DNA from: Syntrophales bacterium | GTDB taxonomy: Bacteria > Desulfobacterota > Syntrophia > Syntrophales > UBA8958 | DNA: 64,000 nucleotides | Reading direction: 5' to 3' | Assembly: GCA_026417625.1 (NCBI GenBank) | Contig: JAOACW010000007.1 | Location: 19,658-83,657 of the forward strand | Shown here: piece after piece, positions 47,835 to 57,497 of the stretch | How positions within the stretch are numbered: the stretch's first letter is position 1 | Layout of the letters: each line of letters starts with the position of its first letter | The notes under the pieces: model-generated | What the model saw: only the letters and a program-made list of their open reading frames with translations | The model's database searches: none | What the model was told of the DNA's origin: nothing | Position numbers and translations under genes: made by a program

Positions 47835-48092
47835 TTATGCCCAGATATCTATGATAGATCCTTTGACGCACCTCTTTGATAAGCGGGGTGTAAAACTCTT
47901 TTCAGATGGTTTTAACACGTGTGGCACTTCTTTGTTATTCGAGTTGTTCACAGTCGACACATCTACGATATCATCACATTCAACCTCAACTCGTTGCTCC
48001 GGATAACTTACGTCTTTACGCTGATAAACATTGGCATACGAAACGCTTTTAATACTTGGGTAATGATAAGGGGGAATAGAATTTGTGCTCAT
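47835..48092 (-). CDS. doubtful small ORF (85 aa from the internal ATG) ending ...GSIIDIWA
   Basis: The first 33 codons of ORF-track 47835-48191 are a terminator hairpin. What remains has a poor SD. Only the C-terminal IDI motif argues that it is real. Confidence 0.2.
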   Translation of the reverse strand: MSTNSIPPYHYPSIKSVSYANVYQRKDVSYPEQRVEVECDDIVDVSTVNNSNNKEVPHVLKPSEKSFTPRLSKRCVKGSIIDIWA

Positions 48093-48152
48093 TTCCAAAC
48101 TTTCAGCAATAGTCAACAAAGAATATAATAGACCAATGAGAAAATAACAAGC

Positions 48153-48182
48153 GGTGATGGTTATTTTAACGCAACCATCACC
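48153..48182 (-). terminator. rho-independent terminator after flgE
   Basis: A 10-bp perfect stem (GGTGATGGTT / AACCATCACC) with a 10-nt loop, followed on the minus strand by GCTTGTTATTTTCTC. Confidence 0.75.
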
Positions 48183-48198
48183 GCCCATCACCTCTCTT

Positions 48199-49824
48199 TT
48201 ATCTCTTAATGTTCATCAGTTCCTGAAGCATCTGGTCGGCAGAGGTTATTATCCTTGCATTCGCTTGATAAGCCCTCTGAGCTGCTATCATCTTTATAAA
48301 TTCCCTAGCAATGTCCGTATTGGATGTTTCCAGTGAACGGGATTGTATATTGCCGAGCCCTCCTTCAGAAGGAATACCAATATTTGCCGTACCAGATTCC
48401 GCAGTCTCGACGAAGTAACTACCAACTTTAAATAAACCACCGGGATTTGTAAAAGCAGCAATCATTATCCTTGCCAGTTCTTGCTGCTGTCCGTTCGTGA
48501 AGAATCCCATGATTATTCCATTTTTGTTTATATCAAGAGCGTTCAGCAAACCAGCAGGATACCCATCATTACTGACATAATTCACCCGCGAATCAAGAGC
48601 GTAACAGGTGATCTCCGGGGCGTCCGCACTCGAAATGTCCCAGGTAATCACGCCCTCAACACCGATGGATTTGTTCTGCGCTGAAAAATCGAATTTTATG
48701 TCCTCTTTGGTGATGCCACTAATACCTCGCTGGCCATAGGGGTTGTCCGTATTAATTTTACCAAAAATATTCGCCTTTGCTCCGGAAAGGGATAGTGTCA
48801 AATCACTTTCTCCTGTGGCCTGATCGATCACTATTATTCTCCCGTCCAAAAGATTAACTTCCACGTCATGACTTTTATAAGCCTCTTTAATCTTGTTAAG
48901 TAGAGTCTGAACAGTATCGTACTTACCTACTTTATAAGTGATTTCATCATCATCTCCGGTAATTTTAATCTCATCATTTTCTTCAAAAGTAACCATATCC
49001 TCGCCATTGTAAAAACTAGTTCCTACAAGCGCTGTCGTCTTTTTTATTGCCTTAGTATTATCTGAATCCGTGCATACTCTTTCACTAGCCAAAATCTGTC
49101 TTCTCGTATTGGTAATCAACGTCCCCGTATCATCAAATTCAAGCCATGCATGATCCGGTACAACTGTATTACCATTGTCTACCTTAGCAGATATACTCCA
49201 GAGACGTGGTGTTTCCACAGAATGAGTAAAGGTTAGAGCCAAGTTGTGTTTGGAACCCATAGAATCGTAGATAGTCTGCGTAGAGTTAAAGTAATTAACC
49301 GCATCCGAAGGATCAGTTTCCACGTTGAGATTAATGCCCAGCTTAAATTTCGTCGTTTCGTGAGGTTTTGATTTGCGTCCCGTGAGATTTATCTTCGTTA
49401 AATCCGTAGACTCTTTACCATCCGCACTTATCATATGCCCCTGCACAAGATAACCACTTACATCGCAAAGATCACCCTCCTTGTTTATATAAAAGGAACC
49501 TGCCCTCGTATAGTAAACGAGATCGGCTTTGGGGTCTTTGACAATAAAGAATCCCGAACCGTCAATAGCAACATCGGTGGCATTCCCTGTAGATTCAAAG
49601 GACCCCTGGGAAAACTGAGTGGTAATAGCGGTTACTCCCACACCCTGACCAACTTGCATACTGCCAGAGCCCCCGGCAAGACTCTGGCTCAGCATACTAG
49701 CAAATGTGGTTTCACTTGCTTTGAACCCTATTGTATTAGCATTGGCCAGGTTGTTGCCAATTACGTCCAGTTGCTTGCTGCAAGCAGCAAGACCTGTTGT
49801 CCCTATCCAAAGTGCGTTAGCCAT
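48199..49824 (-). CDS. flgE: flagellar hook protein FlgE
   Basis: N-terminus ALWIGTTGLAACSKQLDVIGNNLANANTIGFK and C-terminus SNTDIAREFIKMIAAQRAYQANARI. Confidence 0.95.
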   Translation of the reverse strand: MANALWIGTTGLAACSKQLDVIGNNLANANTIGFKASETTFASMLSQSLAGGSGSMQVGQGVGVTAITTQFSQGSFESTGNATDVAIDGSGFFIVKDPKADLVYYTRAGSFYINKEGDLCDVSGYLVQGHMISADGKESTDLTKINLTGRKSKPHETTKFKLGINLNVETDPSDAVNYFNSTQTIYDSMGSKHNLALTFTHSVETPRLWSISAKVDNGNTVVPDHAWLEFDDTGTLITNTRRQILASERVCTDSDNTKAIKKTTALVGTSFYNGEDMVTFEENDEIKITGDDDEITYKVGKYDTVQTLLNKIKEAYKSHDVEVNLLDGRIIVIDQATGESDLTLSLSGAKANIFGKINTDNPYGQRGISGITKEDIKFDFSAQNKSIGVEGVITWDISSADAPEITCYALDSRVNYVSNDGYPAGLLNALDINKNGIIMGFFTNGQQQELARIMIAAFTNPGGLFKVGSYFVETAESGTANIGIPSEGGLGNIQSRSLETSNTDIAREFIKMIAAQRAYQANARIITSADQMLQELMNIKR

Positions 49825-49850
49825 AATTACATACCTCCCCGAAGGTTCTA

Positions 49851-50528
49851 CTAAATTACCTTGATCTGTTTCACATCGGTAAAGGCAACCTCTTTACCGT
49901 CCACTTTCAAAAACACCGATTGATTTCTAAAACTAACGGCTGAAACCTTTCCAGTAATCAATGGTTCAGCATCTACACTTTTACCATCTGAAGATGTGGC
50001 CACAACTTGAAAAGTACACCTGCCTTTGTAACCACCTCTGTTACTCCACGTTAATGTGTTGAGACCTGCTTTCTGCATACCTGACTGAATCCTATCCAGA
50101 AGTTCACCACTACTTCCGTAGATTAACACCTCCAGCGTTGCGGCATCCCCCGAAAGTTCATAGGATAGTTCCACAGGCTGTCCCAGAGCCTCAAAAGAAT
50201 TACCCCCCGATGCTGTGATCTCTTTACCAATGAGTTGCACAGCCTGCATATTAGCCTGATTCAGCTGAAGAACACCCAAATTATTTATCCCTTCACTCAA
50301 ATTGCAAAGCTGCTCTAAACTGGAAAACTGAGCAAGCTGAGCCGCGAATTCCGTGCCGTCCATCGGATTCAGAGGATCCTGATACTTAAGCTGGGCCACA
50401 AGCATCTTAAGAAAATCATCCTTTCCCATACTTTTCGAGGTGGTCTTTGTCGCGGTGGTTGTATTAGATTTTCCATACACCTCCAAAATTTTACTGATTC
50501 CATTCACATCGCCCATGGAAACCTCCAT
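49851..50528 (-). CDS. flgD: hook cap / assembly protein FlgD
   Basis: MGKDDFLKMLVAQLKYQDPLNPMDGTEFAAQLAQFSSLEQL. Confidence 0.9.
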   Translation of the reverse strand: MEVSMGDVNGISKILEVYGKSNTTTATKTTSKSMGKDDFLKMLVAQLKYQDPLNPMDGTEFAAQLAQFSSLEQLCNLSEGINNLGVLQLNQANMQAVQLIGKEITASGGNSFEALGQPVELSYELSGDAATLEVLIYGSSGELLDRIQSGMQKAGLNTLTWSNRGGYKGRCTFQVVATSSDGKSVDAEPLITGKVSAVSFRNQSVFLKVDGKEVAFTDVKQIKVI

Positions 50529-50531
50529 CCA

Positions 50532-52478
50532 TTATGCAAAAATGCTTATATTTCTTTGCCCTATCTTTTCATCGTTGGTCTCACCTTCTGCTGAGAGTTC
50601 ATGGCATTCAAAATGACGGTCATCACTTAGAAAATCCTGAGCACCCGTGTTTCCCTCCCTCCTCCAAGCACTACTCTCTGACCAATTACCAAAACCATTG
50701 AACGAACTGCCATCCTGCTGATCCGAAAACGGGTGAAGAATGACGTCTACGGAAGCTATCTGCAACCCCTGTTGCTGGAGAGAGCTTCGTAGGTCCTCCA
50801 TCCCACTTTTGATAAGATGCTTCACGATCTCATTCTCAACCACAACCAACAATTTAACCCTATCCTCACTTACATAAAGATCCATTTCCACCTTTCCTAA
50901 AGTTTCCGGTTGCAAACTTATCCTCATCCGCCCACCTTCTCTCGATGCAGTAAATACACCCTCTACCACTTGATCCATGACAAAGTTTGAAAATGTACCG
51001 GGGTTCGCACTAGCCCTTTGAGAGACACTCTCCAACACGGCGTTCCTCGAAATGTTCTCCATTGCACCAAAAAATGAACGGTTTTCATCGCAAAGAGCCC
51101 CTTTACGATTATCTGCGGTCGTGTTCGATCTCTCCATTTCTTGCGAGGGAATATCAGAGGTTCGATCAGCAGTAGCAAACATGCCCATCATCTGATCATC
51201 CCGCTTCATATGAGGTAATGAATTGGAATCATTGAAGTTTTCGATAAATGATCTACCTCCCTGTCCATAATCTGTCTTCAAAGTCCCACTGGTTTCAGCA
51301 TTGAATGTTACTTGCCTCTCACAAGTGATCCCATTTTTTAAAGAATCTTTCACAACCGGTCTTAACTCGCCCCTTACATTACGAACTGGATTTTCTGTGT
51401 ATTCGGGAACATGTTCATCCAGAATAAAGAACCGTATGGCAGGATCAATTGAAAATTCATCATGTGTAAGAGATCTTTCATTTTCATTCAGGATACCTTC
51501 CTTTAAAAGATCCATCCTTGTATTAATCTTGGGAAAAGGTACATTCTCCCTTCGAGAAAAGATGATATCGCCATCATTTCTTATGATTAATCCTCCTGAC
51601 CTCTCTCTTTCTTCCCCATTACTCTTCACAATCTTATGCGTAGTGAGATTCACACAGAAAACATTTTCTTCAACAAGATCAGTGCGGTTACAAACAGTAA
51701 CTCCTTTAGCGATTGACTGACGATTCTCCCCGGCGTTTCCCTGTTGAACAGGAACAAATTGCAGATCTATATCTGCGACAACATCCTCCACAAAAGACGA
51801 AACTAAAGCCAAATCCACTCTAGTCCTGTCCTTATTCGCTGAACGATCCATAGCCAACGGGATTCTAGGTCTTCCCTCTTCCACAACAGGCGAAACGTCA
51901 TTTACCTTTGGAGGTAGTCTAAAGGTTTCTCCCTTCCCGATACGGTTATGTATCTGTTCATGTAGACTAAAACCCACTAAAGCCGAATTGTTAGACACTA
52001 CCCCTTTGTCCTTATAGTAACGGTTCTCCGGCAGGACTCTCCCTAAAATAAACGGAGTTAGAACCTGTCCTTCATTACTCTCAACACCTTTGCCGCAAGT
52101 CAGAACAGGATTTTCCTCCTTTATGGGTGTAAGAAATGGACACGTCCCAGCGAAAATATCATAGTCTTTTTGAAAATTCAGACCGCCTCTCGCTACTTTC
52201 TCGTCCCGAAAAGCTGAAATGAAACTTTTTGTAACTTTTGTACCATCATGTACGAGATCTATCTCTAATTTCTCCGGCACATCCGTCCAACCGGGTAAAG
52301 ATTTCCCTAGATTTACATTCTCTTTCAGCTTTAGAAATTCATTTAAAAAATCAGGTGTATCATTCCTTCCCGCCAACCTATCCCTAAAAGAGTAACCCAG
52401 CCGGGACACTGAAGAAGAAGTTTGACAATTCTTATTTGATTTCCAAGCTATCTTTGAAGCATTAAAAGCAACTTTCAT
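50532..52478 (-). CDS. fliK: hook-length control protein FliK
   Basis: C-terminal Flg_hook domain RISLQPETLGKVEMDLYV...LRSSLQQQGLQIASVDV. Positioned upstream of flgD-flgE. Confidence 0.75.
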   Translation of the reverse strand: MKVAFNASKIAWKSNKNCQTSSSVSRLGYSFRDRLAGRNDTPDFLNEFLKLKENVNLGKSLPGWTDVPEKLEIDLVHDGTKVTKSFISAFRDEKVARGGLNFQKDYDIFAGTCPFLTPIKEENPVLTCGKGVESNEGQVLTPFILGRVLPENRYYKDKGVVSNNSALVGFSLHEQIHNRIGKGETFRLPPKVNDVSPVVEEGRPRIPLAMDRSANKDRTRVDLALVSSFVEDVVADIDLQFVPVQQGNAGENRQSIAKGVTVCNRTDLVEENVFCVNLTTHKIVKSNGEERERSGGLIIRNDGDIIFSRRENVPFPKINTRMDLLKEGILNENERSLTHDEFSIDPAIRFFILDEHVPEYTENPVRNVRGELRPVVKDSLKNGITCERQVTFNAETSGTLKTDYGQGGRSFIENFNDSNSLPHMKRDDQMMGMFATADRTSDIPSQEMERSNTTADNRKGALCDENRSFFGAMENISRNAVLESVSQRASANPGTFSNFVMDQVVEGVFTASREGGRMRISLQPETLGKVEMDLYVSEDRVKLLVVVENEIVKHLIKSGMEDLRSSLQQQGLQIASVDVILHPFSDQQDGSSFNGFGNWSESSAWRREGNTGAQDFLSDDRHFECHELSAEGETNDEKIGQRNISIFA

Positions 52479-52511
52479 GTAGACCCTCAGTGATTGTTAC
52501 AGTTCACTGAG

Positions 52512-52527
52512 AGCAAAGGTTATGCCA
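52512..52527 (-). promoter_or_regulatory. sigma54 promoter of fliK-flgD-flgE, TGGCATAACCTTTGCT
   Basis: GG-N10-GC is exact, 35 nt upstream of the fliK start. Confidence 0.75.
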
Positions 52528-52620
52528 GTCATCTGAATATTGAAAAATGCAGTAATTACAGGAATTTTAGGCCGGGGTTAACTTTTTTACATCAATCGGA
52601 GGAAAAATTTTCCTTCCACA

Positions 52621-53412
52621 CTACTCCTCAACAACAGCTACGGGCCTACACCAACCCGCAGAAGCTCCCTTGATTTTAACAGGAAAGCAGATCACAGTAA
52701 AACCGTACGGTTTTCCAATGGAACCAAAGTTAGCCATTTTTTCCATGTGGCAGTAACCAATCTCAATTCCCGCAAAGTGTGCCTCCCAGATTACCCTTGG
52801 ATCCCTTGTTTGTTGAAATTCTCTTGCCAGAAAAGGTAGTGGACGGTCCCAGCTCCATGCATCGATGCCCACAACTCTAATGCCTTTTTCTGTAAGATAA
52901 AGCGTACTTTCTCTTGTCATACCCGCACCTTTCACCAAGTATTCCGGTGTTCCCCAGGCGGCATCCGCTCCTGTCCAGATCAAAACAATATCGAGAGGCT
53001 TCAAACTGTACCCTATTCTCCGAAGTTCATCTTCCACATCTGCAGCGGTAATTCTTTCCCCATCACCTTTGTGACGGAAATCGAGAAGGACACCATCGGA
53101 CATACACCACTCTAAAGGAATTTCATCAACTGTAAGAGCCCTTTTACCTCCATCCTGTGTTGGGTGATAATGATAAGGCGCATCGAGATGGGTCCCACTG
53201 TGGGTCGTAAGATAGATAAATTCCAATGACCAACCAAGCCCACAGGGCAACAAATCTTTACTGATACCCGGGAAAAAATCGACCATCTGATTGGCCCCCA
53301 CTTCGTGATCTATGTAATCTATTTTAGGAATCATCATGGGGGGGTCACTGGGCAGATTTCCCTCAATGGCTATACTAAGATCCACGAACCTTCTCTTACC
53401 CATGCTACACAC
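52621..53412 (-). CDS. cyclase-family protein (kynurenine formamidase-like fold)
   Basis: The HxGTHxDxPxH motif is present as TTHSGTHLDAPYHY. Confidence 0.8.
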   Translation of the reverse strand: MCSMGKRRFVDLSIAIEGNLPSDPPMMIPKIDYIDHEVGANQMVDFFPGISKDLLPCGLGWSLEFIYLTTHSGTHLDAPYHYHPTQDGGKRALTVDEIPLEWCMSDGVLLDFRHKGDGERITAADVEDELRRIGYSLKPLDIVLIWTGADAAWGTPEYLVKGAGMTRESTLYLTEKGIRVVGIDAWSWDRPLPFLAREFQQTRDPRVIWEAHFAGIEIGYCHMEKMANFGSIGKPYGFTVICFPVKIKGASAGWCRPVAVVEE

Positions 53413-53414
53413 CT

Positions 53415-55682
53415 CTAATGCTTACTCTCCGCAAGTACCATTTTTACCTTCTCTTTGAGATCTTCAAAACGGTAAGGTTTCTGAAGAAACAGGCGTGCTC
53501 CTCTGTTCAGAAGCTTTCTTGCCGTCTCGTCAAAGCTGTAACCACTTGTAAGTAAAACGCAGCACCGGGGATCAATCTCTAGGAGACTTTCCAAAACCTT
53601 TTCACCGTTCATACCGGGCATTATGATATCCAGAAGCACAAGGTCTATCTTTCCCATACTCTCTCTGTAAATCTTTATGGCTTCCTCACCATTCGTAGCC
53701 GTGATCACCTTGTATCCCATTCCCGAAAGCATCTCTCTTGTGACTTCCACCACCGTTAGCTCATCATCCACCACAAGTATAGTTTTACTCTCCCCACTTT
53801 GTTCTCTTGCCACATCTCGCCCGTTCATTTTTTCATCCACCAACGCTGGCAGAAAGATAGAAAAGGTGGAACCCTCACCTGGCTTGCTTTTGACAGTTAT
53901 GTTACCCCCATGAGCTTTCACCACCCCGTAGACTACTGAAAGTCCCAAACCCTTCGATTGGCTAAAGTTTTTAATTGAATAAAAAGGGTCAAATATCCTT
54001 TCCTGAGTCTTTTCATCCATTCCAATACCTGTATCTCTCACGGTAACGAGAAAATAATCACCAGGCCCAACACCATGTGACTTTCCTAATGTACTATCAA
54101 CGCTCACATTTTTTGTTTCCACGTACAGTCTACCCCCCGTGGGCATTGCCCAAACCGCATTATTTAACAGACAGTCAACAACTAGCTCCATCTGTGCCCG
54201 ATCCACCTCGACCAACCATGGATCTAGTTCATACTTCTCAAACACCTGGATACCCTTCCGCTCCTTAGAGAAAGTGTGCAACTTAGCCTTTAAAATGTCG
54301 TTCATATTCACAGGCTTTAATTCATACTTACCCACCCCTGCCATTCCTACAAGTTGAGCTGTCAATGTTGCTCCTCTTTGAACAACATTTACTATGGACA
54401 TGAGCCTCTCATAATTGGGATGGCGTTTGTCTGTTCCCATAAGCATCAGTGAGGCATGACCCTGAATCGTCATCAGAATGTTGTTGAACTCATGGGCTAA
54501 ACCACCTGCCAAAGTAGCAAGGGCATCCAACTTCTTGGCCTGCTCGATCTGCCTTTCGGCAAGCACAGTCTGAGTTATATCCCTCATTACCAACACATAA
54601 TTGGTAACCTTGCCCTCTTCATCAAAAACAGGTGAAACTGTAACAGCTGCTTCGTATGGCATGCCAGCCTTGTTGTAGGATGTTGATCTTACACTCCACG
54701 TTTCGCCTTTCTCCAAAACACGCTGCAACTCCTGAAATATAGGTGGTTCTTTGAAATTACATAAAATTCCCACATACTGTCCCAAAACTTCATCTTTTTT
54801 ATAGCCCGTAACCTTTTCCAAATAATTGTTAACATAAAGGATACGTGCATCGCAGTCTGTTATGCAGACTCCCTCTTCACACTGCCCTATTGCTTCGAAA
54901 AGTAAGGCCTGCATTTTTTCAGCCTGCTCACGCCTGGTCATGTCTGTGGCCACGTGAATAAAACTGTGGACTTTACCATCTTTTACAATAGGAGTTATTT
55001 TTAAAAGATAAACACCCGTAGGAGTTCTAATTTTCGTTTCTTCCACATCACCCAAAGCGAAATACCTCCGAACGGGACAATTCTCAGGTGGATGGGTACT
55101 CCTATGAAAAACCTCGTAGCACAACTTCCCCAAAAGAGGACTCAACGTTTCCCCCGCCAATAACACTGCTTCCCTATTCGCTGCTGTTATCCTAAATTCA
55201 GGGTTAAGAACTATTGTGGGGTGTCCTATAGACTGGAATATATTTTCCCAGTCCTGTTTGGCCTGGGATATGAATTTTTCCGCTTCTATCTTCTTTTCCG
55301 CCCTAACCCGGGCTTCCCTCATCTCTCTCTCTATAACTGGAAGAAGGCGCACCATTCTATCCTTCATGACATAGTCATGAGCTCCCCACCTCATCGCTTT
55401 GACTGCTGTTTCCTCATCTATCCTCCCGGACACCACGATAAATGGAATGTCGATTCCCGCTTCTCTGTACACTTTCAAGGCCTGAAGTCCATCAAAATCC
55501 TGAAGCGTAAAATCACAAAGTATAAGGTCCCACTTGTACTTTAGCGCGTCTTGGAATTCCGGCAGGGTTCTAACAACTTTAACCTCCGGTGCATAACCAC
55601 CTCTCTTTAGCTGAGAGATGATTAAGAAAACATCATCATCACTGTCCTCAACTAGGAGAACACGGATGCTTTTTTCGATCAT
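53415..55682 (-). CDS. hybrid sensor kinase: REC - PAS - PAS - HisKA - HATPase - REC
   Basis: Receiver RVLLVEDSDDD...LILCDFTL; H-box GLAHEFNNIL; G-boxes DTGIGMD and GLGLSVV; C-terminal receiver ILVVDDE...LLDIIMPGM. Confidence 0.9.
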   Translation of the reverse strand: MIEKSIRVLLVEDSDDDVFLIISQLKRGGYAPEVKVVRTLPEFQDALKYKWDLILCDFTLQDFDGLQALKVYREAGIDIPFIVVSGRIDEETAVKAMRWGAHDYVMKDRMVRLLPVIEREMREARVRAEKKIEAEKFISQAKQDWENIFQSIGHPTIVLNPEFRITAANREAVLLAGETLSPLLGKLCYEVFHRSTHPPENCPVRRYFALGDVEETKIRTPTGVYLLKITPIVKDGKVHSFIHVATDMTRREQAEKMQALLFEAIGQCEEGVCITDCDARILYVNNYLEKVTGYKKDEVLGQYVGILCNFKEPPIFQELQRVLEKGETWSVRSTSYNKAGMPYEAAVTVSPVFDEEGKVTNYVLVMRDITQTVLAERQIEQAKKLDALATLAGGLAHEFNNILMTIQGHASLMLMGTDKRHPNYERLMSIVNVVQRGATLTAQLVGMAGVGKYELKPVNMNDILKAKLHTFSKERKGIQVFEKYELDPWLVEVDRAQMELVVDCLLNNAVWAMPTGGRLYVETKNVSVDSTLGKSHGVGPGDYFLVTVRDTGIGMDEKTQERIFDPFYSIKNFSQSKGLGLSVVYGVVKAHGGNITVKSKPGEGSTFSIFLPALVDEKMNGRDVAREQSGESKTILVVDDELTVVEVTREMLSGMGYKVITATNGEEAIKIYRESMGKIDLVLLDIIMPGMNGEKVLESLLEIDPRCCVLLTSGYSFDETARKLLNRGARLFLQKPYRFEDLKEKVKMVLAESKH

Positions 55683-55871
55683 GACAGAATACCCGCTTGC
55701 TAAGGAAGGAACCCCCTACTCCCCAATGTACGTTTATGCGTTTAAAAACAAAAATCAATTCTGTGTCAAGTGCTTTGTTCATTGGCAATTATGCGAAATC
55801 ACTGAATCTTAAAAAAGTAGCCTATTTGAACATACATATGGTAAACTTAAATTAAGTTAGGGGGGTAACTG

Positions 55872-57497
55872 ATGGAGATTGTTTATCTTTCTGACATTCA
55901 TGACGACTTCGACAGTGTGAGAAACCTACTTAACTGTAGTGATGCAGACCTATACATAGTTTCTGGAGATCTTCTCGATCGTCCCTTCTTCACAGAGGAA
56001 GCTACAATCAGGTACAGACAGTGCGAGCAGTTAACATACAAACTCAGACAACGTTTAGGATTACGCAATATCAGAAGAGAGAATTTAAAAGAAATCCTCA
56101 TCGATCGGAAAGACATATCCGACAAAGATTGGAAAATTATTCAAACCCTTGAAGAGCTGACTATCCGTGGTCGTCGCGCTGCTCATCAGAAGTACAAAGT
56201 CCTGGAAAGCGTCCTAAGAATGAAAAAAGAAAATTTGGTTCTGTGCCTTCCGGGAAACCACGACATGGATTTACAGTATACATCCCTCCATACGAGAGAT
56301 TTGCACCGACACTGGTATCAAGTAGGTCATTTTAGAATAGCTGGTTATGGTGGTGCAGATACTTACACACCGGGTATTCCCTCCCAGTACATAGTAAAGT
56401 ACAGAGGCGATCAGGGTAAAAGTGAAATGCTACGTTTCTTCAATGAAATTAAACCCGATATAGTGGTTACTCATAAACCCCCATTCGGTATACTTGATTT
56501 CAGAACATTTGGGGGTGAAAGTGGCTCGTTAGAACTTCTCCGTTTCTGTGAAGAAAACAGTGTCCTTCTATGTCTAAGCGGCCACATACACGAACACTGG
56601 GGCTTTGAAGAACACAGAGGTACCGTTTTTCTTAACCCTTCCAATTTCGGAACAATTGTCTCCGGTGGCAAATTGTTGGAAGGAGGGGTTTTTTTTAAAA
56701 TCACAGTGGATGAACATGGTCTCTCCAATATAACCCTGGCGAAACTGGAAAACAAAAATACCGTAGACATGGTAAACTTAAGAAAAGAAGGTTCCTGCTG
56801 GCAAAGAAAGGTATTAAACAGAGAACACTTCGGCGAATTTCTGCGTAGAATCCCAATAAGCCCGAAGGAATCAAGTGTACCTACTATTCGTCAGCGTCTT
56901 ATCAAAAACATGAACCACTTTTTTAAGAATTCGCAGGAAAACGACAATTTGTTACTCCCCCTTCTGTCAAAAGTTTCCAACTTAGAACACCATTTTGATG
57001 TTAGTATTGGTGTAGAATTCTTAGGCGAAGTACGCCCCTTCGCAAAGTCAGGCGTAGTCTTTTACTTTTCTGGAAGTAAAGATCCAAGCGAAATCAAAAA
57101 GAAAATCTACGAAGAAACATCCATTATAAGAGATGTGTACCTTGTGGATGTAATCGATCTCAATGAAGTGAAAAACGCTATACAAAAAAGAGATTACGAA
57201 GATCACTCTCTTCTGTTATTCGCAGCATATCACACATTTGGGACCACCATCAAAAAAGGTCAAGTAGAACAGATTGAGGATCATCTTGAGCGGGATGGTA
57301 TGTTCAAGGGTGAAATTGAGGGATCTGGAAACGCCTACCTGGAAATATTTATAAACTCACTCGAAACTTCTGAAAGCCTAAAAGATTTTTACTCAAAAAT
57401 GGAATCGCTGGGTATCACAGTGCCCGAGTCATTCCAGAAGATAATTGCTGGGTACTACAATGGCCCTTTCAAAAAACAAAATCAAGAGTCTTGTTAA
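55872..57497 (+). CDS. metallophosphoesterase fused to a ~240-aa C-terminal domain of unknown function
   Basis: Calcineurin-like motifs LSDIHDD, SGDLLD, LPGNHD and LSGHIHEHWG. I do not recognise the C-terminal half. Confidence 0.7.
   Translation: MEIVYLSDIHDDFDSVRNLLNCSDADLYIVSGDLLDRPFFTEEATIRYRQCEQLTYKLRQRLGLRNIRRENLKEILIDRKDISDKDWKIIQTLEELTIRGRRAAHQKYKVLESVLRMKKENLVLCLPGNHDMDLQYTSLHTRDLHRHWYQVGHFRIAGYGGADTYTPGIPSQYIVKYRGDQGKSEMLRFFNEIKPDIVVTHKPPFGILDFRTFGGESGSLELLRFCEENSVLLCLSGHIHEHWGFEEHRGTVFLNPSNFGTIVSGGKLLEGGVFFKITVDEHGLSNITLAKLENKNTVDMVNLRKEGSCWQRKVLNREHFGEFLRRIPISPKESSVPTIRQRLIKNMNHFFKNSQENDNLLLPLLSKVSNLEHHFDVSIGVEFLGEVRPFAKSGVVFYFSGSKDPSEIKKKIYEETSIIRDVYLVDVIDLNEVKNAIQKRDYEDHSLLLFAAYHTFGTTIKKGQVEQIEDHLERDGMFKGEIEGSGNAYLEIFINSLETSESLKDFYSKMESLGITVPESFQKIIAGYYNGPFKKQNQESC

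Noticed and set aside
48093-48191. The first 33 codons of ORF 47835-48191 (MMGGDGCVKITITACYFLIG...), which look like a TM segment.
   Set aside because: These nucleotides form the 10-bp flgE terminator hairpin and its U-tract. The GTG and ATG starts sit 0-2 nt from the only purine-rich stretch.
55783-55797. TGGCAATTATGCGAA between the hybrid kinase and the metallophosphoesterase gene, considered as a sigma54 promoter.
   Set aside because: The GG-N10 position carries AA rather than GC, and no TTGC is present.
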